DNA of 50,775 nucleotides from contig ADNK01000969.1 in NCBI GenBank assembly GCA_000320545.1, positions 1 through 50,775 on the forward strand, read 5' to 3'. The position numbers were made by a program, and so were the translations under genes. The notes beneath the pieces are model-generated. The model worked only from the letters and a program-made list of their open reading frames with translations, was not told the DNA's origin and searched no databases. This document shows positions 12,841-36,084 of this stretch, one piece after another (the first letter of the stretch is position 1; each line of letters begins with the position of its first letter). This DNA comes from Bigelowiella natans CCMP2755 (lineage: Eukaryota > Protista > Cercozoa).

Positions 12841-13942
12841 TTTATTGTCCTCGGAATCTTCGTTAGCTATTAATATTAAACCTCCTTGTAGTATCTGCAG
12901 ATGCATGCACCGCCACAGGAGGTGCCAATGAAATCACGTGTCAGTAACATTTAGCATTTAGTCGTACGTTTTCCTCTAATATCACAAGCATGCAGTTACG
13001 AAGAGGAGATGAAGAGGACGATCTAGCTGAACATGTAAGACGGATGTAATCAATCAATTAAATTTGCTGAACATGTATATATTTACTTTGTGTCCAAGCC
13101 CGCCTTAACTCATACGCAGCATGCGTGTCTAGAGGTGCGCGGCGCGCCCGCTATGCGATACGTCTACTGCGTGCAACAAGTATAATATGATAGAACATAA
13201 TATCAAAAACACAGTAATGTCTTTGCGCAAGCACACGATCTAGCAGTCTAGCAGTCTAGCAGTGCACACGCATGCCTATAATTCGGTTTATACGTTTGTT
13301 AGGTATAGCTGTGACTATACATAGCATTATATTGCTGCAAACGCGCATGAGCAATCGCCCATATAGACGATCGTTTTCCGCCGCGTTCTGCCATATCGTC
13401 TATGCATGCGTGTGTGTTTTACTTTGCTCCCGCCTCAAATGAGTGCACCATGTATTTGCTTGCAGTATATATGTGTTGCCGGAGCATGCACTAGTACGTG
13501 CAGTCTAGGCGGCCGGCCAGCCTGCACTGTAGCTCCATTCTTGCATAAATAACACCTCGTCCACAGCGAAGCAAAAAATGAGGACGCTGCTGTCATGACG
13601 CTCATGCATGGTGCGTGGCTGTCATATGCGCACTTGATATATATAAAGGCAGACATAGCATGCAGCAAAAGGGCTGCGTGCATCATCAGTAGCATAGTAG
13701 CACATCACAGCACAGCTAGCTAGCGCACAGATAGAATGCTCCTATCGCATCTGAGCTACTAGCGCGGTTCGCTTCATGGTGTTACGAGCCCGCAAGATAT
13801 TATATTATTGACCGCATTGGTTGCAGTAATACCATGCTAGCATGGACCGGGACGACGCTTGCGAGCTGCCTAGCTAGACTAAATTAACACTCGAAAATAC
13901 AATAATCAACCATTTCAACAACAATCTCGTGTAAAATAAAGA
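12841..13942. other. Convergent intergenic spacer rich in short palindromes
   Basis: Examples: tagcagtctagcagtctagc (~13241), agctagctagc (~13714) and many gcatgc/tgcgca words. Confidence 0.55.
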
Positions 13943-15352
13943 TTACAGCATGGATGATGATTGTTTTTCTTTGTGGATTGTGCGCCATGCAGCTTTCCAA
14001 AAAAATTCTATGCGTTCTGTACAAAATAGGAGCGGATCTAGAGTTACGTAACTTGTCCAACTAAATGGGAAAGCCAGAACGATTCTGCAAAGTAGATGAA
14101 ATACAATAAATCTATGAGCTTATTGGTAGACACGTCCGTATTTACGTGCATGAATTCCGTATCGACACAGTGTTTGCATAAGATATGTGACCTTATCAGT
14201 CCTAGCAGCAGGCTTGTTTTGTCGGGAAACACTAGAGCTGTGGTTGCAAACATGCCAAGGACCCAGAATGCAGCTACCCCTGAGCAAAATGCACCTACTC
14301 GAGACAGGTGAATCCCCTGATATATAATTCAACGTCATCGTAAGCGGCTGCAAGGAAGGGCAGGGGTTATTCTCTACGACCTTGGTATAAACACTGGCTG
14401 TATAGTCGTCATTCAGGCGCCGTGCCTTCGTTTTCAAGTCGGTATCTGAGGAAGGCCTTGCGAGACCAGTCGAGTCGATAGGGTCGTGCAAGAGTAGTTG
14501 AAATCATACAAAGCAATAAGTTAGGCGTCTACTTGTCCGTATAAACTATTTCAGTAATAATGATAAGTTGGCATCATTGCACCATTAGGTGCTCAGAGGT
14601 CTTTTCAGATCATTGCCACCACCACAATTCGACCAATTCAGTCGAAGAGCGACGGAGCGTCAGATAAGATCAAGTAGTTTTTTGGTAATTTCCGAAGGAT
14701 CTCGACATCATCACTGAGTCAAGATGAGGCGAGAATTCGCACGGAGTCTCCCTCCCCCTCCACAACATTTGGCGTGCCTGTACGAGAAGAGTTGGCAAGA
14801 AGCAGCACCGCAATGCGAGACACAACCAGCGCGCCATCTCTCCGTGCACAGCACTTCGAGACAGGCGCTACGGCTGAGCTCTACGTGCACGTGACTGAAC
14901 GCATCACCAACACGTTCTCTACCAGAACGTCACCAAAAGGCGGCGGGAGGAACGAGACTCCGTGGTGGTTCACACCTCCCCCAAATAGCGATCCTAGATC
15001 AATCTCTAGAAATGGATCTTCGAAAGGGTAAATCCTTCTTATTCATGTAGCACCCCTATGCAACCACAAGAAAGATGATGGCGCAGTCTCACTGCCCTCG
15101 GGCAACCACTCATTCCCGAGAGCGAACGCGGGGGTGCGCCTTTGCTCGAAGAAAAACAATCTGCTCCTAATGATCCCCGATGATGTGCAAGATGATACCT
15201 GAACCCCCTTTTCGCATAGTCATCCAGCCAGCTGAGAGGGCCGGTAATGTACGCATCAATGCTCACCTTTCGAAAAGAGGGAAATCAGAGTCTACCTTCC
15301 TCCTACAACGTGCCATTTCTGCTTATCTTACCAGCTTTCGGTCCGCAGACAT
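13943..15352 (-). CDS. Putative small membrane protein, middle exons unresolved
   Basis: The 5' exons 15352-15332 (MSADRKL) and 15266-15199 (VSIDAYITGPLSWLDDYAKRGFR) splice in frame. The 3' exons give ..DDYTASVYTK/GIHLSRVGAFCSGVAAFWVLGMFATTALVFPDKTSLLLGLIR/IVLAFPFSW..SSSML* (two hydrophobic helices). I could not join the two ends unambiguously. Confidence 0.4.
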
Positions 15353-15925
15353 TGCCTTCTCTCCCGTTCTATCTTCTTAAGTCAAGTTCTCAGATCACCA
15401 CATCGATTCAAATTCTGCTAGAGAGAGAGGGGCGGAGCAGCGTTGCGGGAGCTCAGGAGTGAATTTAGGCAAACTAAGATTATTGTTGCTGTTATTGTTG
15501 TCCCTAAAAATCAATTAATATTCGGCATAATATCGAATGTAAACCACACTATTGATGTTTACCTTAAAGTATTGTGTAATTGTTGCCAAAATATTTTAGT
15601 TTTTCATGGTAACTTATGCGATCTAATTGCGTTGTAAAATGACCTGTAAACGGTGTGGGGCGGTAGAACCCCCCTTTGTCGGAAACGGACCACGAAACCG
15701 TTCATTTTAAGATTAGATATATAAATATACATTCTCATATCACCTATTAAATACTTATAGACAACTTTAAATGTATGTCGCTATGTATAATCGTATGTAT
15801 TTTCTCTCTTTCAGCACAAAGTCTGCACTCTTAGACTCTTAGATTCAGATTCTCTGTGGTTAGACGTTTCGCTGCACCCAGGAGCTGCTACCTTACCACT
15901 GGGGGAGGGCCAGTACGTCGAACCC

Positions 15926-17146
15926 ATGTCTGAATCAGGCCGATATGTGTTCGCTTCACAGCCAAAGGCGGTGGGTGGGGCGAGGAACAGAAAGAAGTAC
16001 TACGATGGTCCGCCAAATCTGATCAAGACAAATCCGAACATAATGTTTGACCGGAGGGTTGTCCGAGGCCCCACAACGACCAAGCCGCTGCCCAAATCGT
16101 CCGCTGGAATGCCGCCCCAGTCTAGACAGAATCGCCGTCACGATAAAATGCTCAGAACAGGGGGGGGCGCGAAGACGGGCTCCACCAGCATCGGGAAACT
16201 CCCGACTGCCGCCCAAATCCACGCATCCCTTAAATTTGAGAGGAACCGAGTGGACGTACCCCTCCATTTGTACCTTGAGGAACACGCAAAGCGCGCGGCC
16301 TTCACCAATGAATCTGCACAGACTGATACATTCCTAGATGAACCTCGTCCTGAACCATACATCCCAATGAAAACTGGCCTCGATGCTGGTACCCAGGTTG
16401 ACACCTCTATGGTGTTTGTCTACGACCGTGACGTAAACCCGATATTGGACGTTCTCTGTGGAAAGACTGTGGAACAAGCTCTGATGGAGGTCAGACAAGA
16501 AGAACAATTTCGAGCTCTTCGAGGAAAGCAGCAAGGGTTGCTCGAAAACTTGCGCGTGGAGCAAGATCAGGTCAGGATGCTTGAGCAGAAGGAGAAGAAA
16601 GTATTTGAAGCAAATCAGGCACGACTGAACGAGGCGAGGCAGAAGAAGGAAGAAGAAAGTGAAATTCAGAAGAAATACGTAGCATCCGAGTGCGCGGTAA
16701 CGTTGCTGGATGGACTCGAAGACACAGTATTCAACCAATTAACGGAGACGAAAGAGTTCCAGCATCCTATATCGAGACAAATAAATGAGGACTTCTTGCC
16801 CTGGGTTTTCAATAATTCGCGAGAAAGATTAAAACAACACGAAGCGTCTGAGAAGACTTTACGCGCATTGCTTAAGAGAGTAACGAAGAGGAAAAAGTAT
16901 GTCTTGTTCAGCATGATCGATGCAGACAACAGTGGAAAGAAATATAAAGTAGGGCCAATCCGATTAAGTCCTGACACAACGATAAGAGAATTAATAACTT
17001 GGGCACAGAAGAACATCAAAGATGGAGATATGGTCACATTTTATGATAGAAGATCAGGAGACGCTTTCAGTCCCGAGACAAACGTGTTCTCCATTGGTAC
17101 ACAATTCATCGGTATGAAGTTTAGAAAGAAAAGTAAATCTAAATAA
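15926..17146 (+). CDS. RSP3: Radial spoke protein 3 homologue (flagellar axoneme), intronless, with a C-terminal extension
   Basis: Single 406-aa ORF with RSP3 motifs NIMFDRRVVRG, LYLEE, QTDTFLD..P..YIPMKTGLDAGTQV and VLCGKTVEQALMEVRQEE, followed by a coiled coil. Confidence 0.88.
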   Translation: MSESGRYVFASQPKAVGGARNRKKYYDGPPNLIKTNPNIMFDRRVVRGPTTTKPLPKSSAGMPPQSRQNRRHDKMLRTGGGAKTGSTSIGKLPTAAQIHASLKFERNRVDVPLHLYLEEHAKRAAFTNESAQTDTFLDEPRPEPYIPMKTGLDAGTQVDTSMVFVYDRDVNPILDVLCGKTVEQALMEVRQEEQFRALRGKQQGLLENLRVEQDQVRMLEQKEKKVFEANQARLNEARQKKEEESEIQKKYVASECAVTLLDGLEDTVFNQLTETKEFQHPISRQINEDFLPWVFNNSRERLKQHEASEKTLRALLKRVTKRKKYVLFSMIDADNSGKKYKVGPIRLSPDTTIRELITWAQKNIKDGDMVTFYDRRSGDAFSPETNVFSIGTQFIGMKFRKKSKSK

Positions 17147-17975
17147 ACTTTTCGGTGAAGGAGCAAAGCAAATTCGTGTGATCTAAGATACAATACGGGA
17201 ATTGAAGAGCTTCGGCTAACGTAATCGTCGGTTTATGTCCGAGTCCTCTAAGTGTGCAACGTTCTCAAATAACAGATACTTCCTAGACGCACTAAAAAAT
17301 TAGTGTAAGTGAATCTGTGCAACATGTCAAAGTGCAAGGATGTACTAATAAACTACAAACGAAATATACAGTAAATGTTTAATCTCACAAAGTGCTACTT
17401 GCCCATACTGCGCCATGGCGGCGAGATTATACTCGCCCAGTCATCTAGCTAGCTAGTCATGGACATGATGCTGCATCATATGCTTTATAATATGCGTGCT
17501 CAGCATCTTCTTCCATTGTCAAAAGCCACGTGCGGCGCGTGCACCTCGACGCTCTCTATGACTGTTGTTATTCTTTCATCAAATAAGCGCTTCATGCGCA
17601 AAATGTATATCATGTATGCATGCAATATCGATGACGCGCAGCGGCTATGCTATGTCTATGCGATGTTTGAATGTGTGCAATGTGGTCCCACTTTATGCTT
17701 ATGTAATCAAGTTGCATGTAATAATGTCGTGGTGGCAGCAGCTTTATGAGCGTGGCATCACAGTAGTCAATTATTAGCGCGTGTATGTCCTGCATTGCTT
17801 ATATATTTTATATATTATTAATTAGCTTGCGATATACACGCTGCCTTTCAAAATGACAAATTACACATCAGCAGCACATGCGTTCAGAATAGCTGTTTAA
17901 TTTTATGACTTGCCCAGTGTGCGCAGATCGAATCATCACGCGTCGTCACTTTTACGAAAGTAGCAACATCAATAA

Positions 17976-30125
<12,150 letters not shown>

Positions 30126-30189
30126 CTGAGATGACGCACCATTCCCTCATCAGTGTGGAGATGGTTGAAAATGAGTGCATGGTTATTAC

Positions 30190-30546
30190 CCCGCCTCGGT
30201 ATCGAATGCATCCCCGCGTCAACCGAGAATCTGCGCGCTCCGCTCCTGTGTGTGTTAGCCGTGAGCGTTCAGAAACACGATCGATCGAGCTATGCAAAAA
30301 GATGCCAACACAACCTAGTTTAGCACGCAGCAACTGCGCGGAAGAGGAGGAAGAGGACAACGCTCTGATGTATTCGTTATTGTTGCCGAATCTTCCTTGG
30401 CCGCCGACGAAATGTGATGTAGATGATGATGAGAAGTTTGATGACGTCCGTAGAGCGGACTGAAGCAGCAATGGTGCCATCAAGGACGATTTATCTTCTC
30501 CAACCTTACCTGAGTTTAGTGATTTTTCTTAAATGCTCATCATGTA

Positions 30547-30593
<47 letters not shown>

Positions 30594-30936
30594 ACACACA
30601 CACACAATGAATATATAAAATTCACAGCATTTTTGCTGGCTGCTGCCGCTTTGCGGTACTCAATCGCATGAACAAACCTGGCCACCATTGAGAATGAGTG
30701 CCCCGCCAAGACGGTAACTTTGTCCGAAGTGATCCTAGCAGGAGGACTGCAAGAAGCGGGAGAGCAGTAGCAGCCCGTGCCCTTATGACCGGAAATCTCG
30801 AACATGGGCAGCACTCTTGTCTTGCTCGCTTCTGCTCTAAGCTTTGCTCGTCTACACTGTCGCCTCCGAGCTCATGGTAGCACCCAACCATTCGTCGGTT
30901 CCTAGCCCGATCATGCGACTCCACCACCTCCTCCAT
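30190..30936 (-). CDS. Putative in-frame N-terminal targeting leader of the exportin (two exons, ~199 aa)
   Basis: Exon 30936-30678 (259 nt) and exon 30527-30190 (338 nt) are stop-free and phase-compatible. A 64-nt GT-AG intron (30189-30126) ends exactly at the conserved-body ATG. The leader has a hydrophobic stretch, a Ser-rich stretch and a terminal RYRGG. Confidence 0.62.
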
Positions 30937-31590
30937 CTCGAAGCCAACGCCGCGGACGGAGTTGGGAAAGCTTCTTCTTCTTCCTCTCTTCTTAGTCTTC
31001 TCCTTCCCTGCAATGTCTCGGGTGGAGAACCGACGAAGCTGGTGCGCGCAGGTGGTGGTGGCTACTGATTCTTCTTCTGCTCCTTCCTCCTCACAGCTCT
31101 CACAGCTCGCACACTACACACAGCTCACTCACTCACTCCTCGGAGAGGGAGAGCTCCACACTCTCATCACAATCACCATCATTATCAGTGCGACTACTAA
31201 TCCCCAATCCCGGCAAGAAAACCGGGATTTTACCGGGACGATCTTTGGTAATTCCACCAACATCCATCCGTCGTCACTGCTCCCGCGCGATATCTTTTGG
31301 AGGCCGCGGCGAAACACCTGCGATTTCTGGGCGGTGCAGGGAGATTTTCCCGTGTCGCAGGACAGAAATGAGTGGTAATTTCCGCACCGACGAGTTTTCG
31401 CAACAATTCCACAGCCGTTGAGTAGCAGTGTGAGCGATGTGCTGAAGTGTGTGTCTGGGTGCTCGGAGTTGTTTGCAGGAGGAGAGAGAGCGAACTGCCG
31501 CGACGACGTTCATATTTCCGACTACTGGCGAGCAGGCAGGGGGGTGGGTAGAGCTTCCGTTACTGACGATGGCGGAGCTGGTGTAGATCG
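30937..31590. promoter_or_regulatory. Probable bidirectional promoter between the leader-bearing exportin and the signal-peptide orphan
   Basis: Divergent spacer with a cluster of TCCCG/CGGGA words at 31205-31355, including the inverted pair AATCCCGG..CCGGGATT. Confidence 0.45.
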
Positions 31591-32147
31591 ATGAAGCATG
31601 TTTGCGTTGTGTCCCTTGCTCTCCTGCTCGCGACGTGCTGCTCTGGGGCAACGACGGCATCGGGGCTGCTCCAGGACTCTGTGCAGCAGCGGCAAATGGA
31701 GGGGGCTCGACAGGGTGAGTCACTTTTCCAGCACACTCGTTGTTTTGAGATAGATGATTGCACGTTTAATATTTCATGCTGGCGAACCCAGTGATCAGAG
31801 CTCGGTTGGAAAACTTGCACGGGGAGGAGGAGGAGGAGGAGGAGCGTGGCCATCGCCGTCGAGCTGAGCAGCAGCCAGCTATGTTCAGCCAGGATGAGGA
31901 GGAGGAGGATGACGACGAAGAAGAAGAAGAAAATGAAAACGATTACTCTAGCTTCTGTCCTGATGATGATATGGATGTAGAGGGAGGAGTGACGACACGC
32001 ATTGACAAGAAAGGCCCTGCCTCCTCGCCAAAAACCATACGACTTGGGTAGTACGTTAGTAAGGAATGAGTAAGTAGGTAGTAGCAAGGACCAGCCGTTT
32101 CACCACATCTACAGAATATTGCCGATGGTAATCCACAAGTTCTCTCT

Positions 32148-32190
<43 letters not shown>

Positions 32191-33760
32191 TTTTCCTCTA
32201 TCTCTATGCGCTGCTGTGATAGGCCTAAGGGGAAGAGTGTTGCGGACATCTACGGCCTGCGAGTTAACAAGTCTGCGGTAGCTGTGAAAGTGTACAATGA
32301 TAGTTTGGTAAGAACGACAAACGCACTTAACAACAACCAATGTTCTGATGAATCATGCGTGGTGAGATCTTCGAGGCCGCCTTAAGTATGTACGCACACT
32401 CTAATTAGGAGTATTTCCTAAAGAATTACCGTGACATTGATCTTGGTTTTCTACGGCCTGAAAAATCCATCGATGAGATCCTCAAACAAGTTCCGTTTCC
32501 ATCCGGTAAGTAGTGATGATGATGATGATAAGATGATGATGATGATGAGCCCATTTAAGAACAAAAGGGTGGGGATGCGTTGACAGAATATCGTTCGGCA
32601 GTTGAAAGCTCTCTTGTACCAACATCATCATCATTCCTCAAGACTGAAATACACTGATGAATGCTGGAAGTATTGGATCATTTCGAGATCGATTCCATCA
32701 TCACTTAAAAGGAACAGAGCGTCGTCGTAGTAGTTTTTCCTTTGCTTTACATTGTCACCCTGGAAATATAAAACATGATGAATCAACCAATATTAGGGCC
32801 GAATGCTACACAAAACAGGATCGACTACCACGAATTTCTCCTAATTTGGGCAAAGGTGAGGGCGGGGGCAAAATGATGATGAAAACATGGAGATATGTCA
32901 CACTCTTGCTGGTCATTCTCTCTCCATCCTCCTCCTCCTCACTATTTCCTGCTTGCTCATAAATTAAACAAGAATGAGATCCAGATGTCGCGAGGCCGAG
33001 GACAAATTGGGCGCACAAAAGAATGGGAGTCGACAATCAGCAACCTCACATCCAAAGTAGCGATGTTTTTGCATTCGAATTTTATGTGGAGAACGCGAAG
33101 ATCATCGGGAATAGAAGCTGAGAATAATTCATGAAAAATTGGCAGATTTACGAGCTAAAAGGAATCGTTGAGCCGAAGAATAAAAAGTTGGAGGACCTCA
33201 CGGGTGCTGCTGATAGTAGTAGTAGTAGTAGTAGTAGTCGTCGTCGTCGTAATAGAAGGAGGAGGAGGAGTAGCAGCGGCAGTATAGTGTACATATTATA
33301 GTGTGCATACATGTTAGTTGCTCTGCGCGTACACGTGTTATAAACATCATTGTAGATGATGATGATTGGTGATGATTGGTGATGATTGGTGATTTGTCTG
33401 TCGACAGCGGCTGAGCTGATAGCGATTCCAACGAAGGCGCAAAAGAACATAGAGACGATTCAGAAGATCCTCAACAATGAAACCCTTCGGCAAAGGTCTC
33501 ATCACACACACACACACACACGCACACATAAATGCACACTTAGTTTCTTAACAGAAATTATTTTCAAGCTCATTGTCAATAATGCAGAGTTTGTATTTTG
33601 GCTGTTGTCTCCCCCAACGCACATTTCTACCACATCTTAGATACGCAGAAGCAACTTCTGCATTGCCGCAAATGCCAAGGTAGTAGTGTGATATGCATGA
33701 TCACTGCGTTTGGGAGAATCATCCTTTCACTTTCCATTTTCTCAAACATAAGACGTCAGA

Positions 33761-33800
<40 letters not shown>

Positions 33801-34383
33801 CTCGCTCTCGCTCTCGCTCCCTCCCTGCCTCCCTCCTCCTCTACTCTTTCCAGGATATATGCCCCCCTTCGACCGAAGATCTTCCGTCGGGAACAAATCA
33901 ACACCACGCATTTGATTGTCAACCAAAGTAGTAAGATTTGACGATTCTATCCACTCCGCCTCAAAATTGAAACATTGAGCCATGGAATATGAGAATGAAT
34001 GAACGAATGATGATGATGATGATGATGACGACGACGACGATTGCTACCCGAGGTGGAGGGATTCACGCCCTCTTTCTTTCCTTTGTCTCTGATCATTAAT
34101 TTGCCGGAAAACATCGTATAAACATAGCATGGGATAGCCCGTGGTGCCCCTATCTGCATCAACTCATGAAGAAGGATTCGCGCAGGTCAGATGATGATGG
34201 TGAGGATGATGATGACGACGATGACATTTCCTAGCCACCGGCTCGCTGAGTGTGTGTGTGTGTGTGTGTGTGTGTATGTATCTTTCCAAAATAAATTCAG
34301 GTGGTTTCGCCCCAATTGCAGCATTTGTGCGAAATGCATCTGGGATAGCAGAACTGATGAGGAAATTGCACGGGTAGTAAGTC

Positions 34384-34416
<33 letters not shown>

Positions 34417-34732
34417 CTGTAATAGTAGCAGTAGTTGCTGCTCTTTCTTTCTCTCAATATAGATGGTAGTTTGTTCAAAATGATAATTCGACCCAAAAAA
34501 AAAGCATTCTCGGGATCGCACTGAAAACATCGGTGATTTTTGTCCGAGGGTAGCCGTCGTGAAGTACACTTGCCCGTTTTTTCCAGCATCAGAACGTTGC
34601 ATCCTCTTCTTCTAAATGCTTCTGATGTTTCCCCCCATCCGTCCTCGTACACCCCAAAGAACGAGCCTCCTTTCGCATACCATTGCCGGTGCTTCATGGT
34701 CTGCCGACGATGCTACATGCCACGGTACTACG

Positions 34733-34771
<39 letters not shown>

Positions 34772-35561
34772 TGTATTATGTAGAAGAATACGATTGTGAG
34801 TCGAAATCACAAGCCCCTGAGGTAATCGCTACTATCACTACCACTACGTGGGGTTCTAGTTGCACGATCTCTTCGATCGGAAATGCATGTAGGTTCGTTG
34901 GGTTGTTATATTCATATTAAGTCTTGTTTGCTGCTGCTGCTGCTCAGATGGATCAAGGCAGCCAGTCGATTCCCTGTCATCAAGTAAGGAGAAGTAGCTT
35001 TGCTATGATGATGATGATGATAACACACCCAACGCACACACGTACATACGCAATAAATACGTGTGAATACGACATTCAGGTGTGTATTGTTGGAGGATGT
35101 GCATTGTTTCCTACTCCTTTTTGTTTCGTTTTGTTCTGAAAAAAAATCTTTGTGCGGTTGCTGCGTGTACAAAACACGTCAGACACCGGCGGCGAACAGC
35201 AAAGAAGAGAAAGCTAAAATTCGATGCTTCTTGGGTGAAGGTCATCGCTAAAAATGGAGATAAACAGATTCGCAACATTGCCATGCCAGCATCATCCTCG
35301 TTATCCTCGTCTCATCATCATCATCATCATCACCGTCATTGTTATCACCGCTGTCGTCATCTTAGTCTTCCATGCACCCGTCTTGCACTATTTTGCACTC
35401 ACCATCACCGTAAAAGGCCAAGCTCGATGGAAACTTAAACGACAGCGACATTAGGGATGATGTCATGTATCAGTCGGAATTTATGGCCAACTTTCGACGT
35501 GAGGAGTAGTAGTAGTAGCAGCAGTAGTAGTAGTAGGAGTAGTAGTAGTATCTTTGTGTCT

Positions 35562-35614
<53 letters not shown>

Positions 35615-35633
35615 GATACTATGCACAATTATA

Positions 35634-35702
<69 letters not shown>

Positions 35703-36084
35703 GTCAAACCATTTGCAGATGACCTCGATCAATATGGGAAGAAAGCAAGGGGGTACTACGACAAAAATGAGCTGTCGCCAACCACGCGGAGAAAGGATAG
35801 AGGTAACAGCATCTTCCTACTTCTTCTTAACAACAACATCTTCCTACTTCTTAACCGTGAGTCGCTGCTCATCATCGTTCCATGCAACAGCCTCTGAGTC
35901 TTGAAGTGGTTCTTGTTCTTTCCTCTTATCAGGAGCGGCGAAGAAAGCACTGTTGGACAGTTTCCGGAAAACGTCGATGGGCATCAAAGAGAAAGGGAAT
36001 ATTCGACGAAGCCGACAGTATGATCCTCAAATAGGAGGGGATGGCTGCGTTCAACCGAAGTACACTGCCAAGCTGGCGGATTAA
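31591..36084 (+). CDS. Uncharacterised multi-exon protein with a signal peptide, acidic tract, Cys/His cluster and basic NLS-like cluster
   Basis: About 19 phase-compatible GT-AG exons start MKHVCVVSLALLLATCCSGA. They include a D/E tract (31820-31980), WCPYLH..CSICAKC..YHCRC and KHRRRTAKKRKLK. The frame of the last exons is less certain. Confidence 0.55.

Noticed and set aside
15956-17037. Several antisense ORFs overlapping RSP3
   Set aside because: Shadow frames of a real coding sequence with no recognisable motifs.
33361-33393. Short tandem repeats (GATGATTGGT)x3, and a ~27-nt duplication at 35805-35856, as possible CRISPR-like arrays
   Set aside because: No unique spacers, eukaryotic intron context and no cas genes. 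These are simple slippage repeats.
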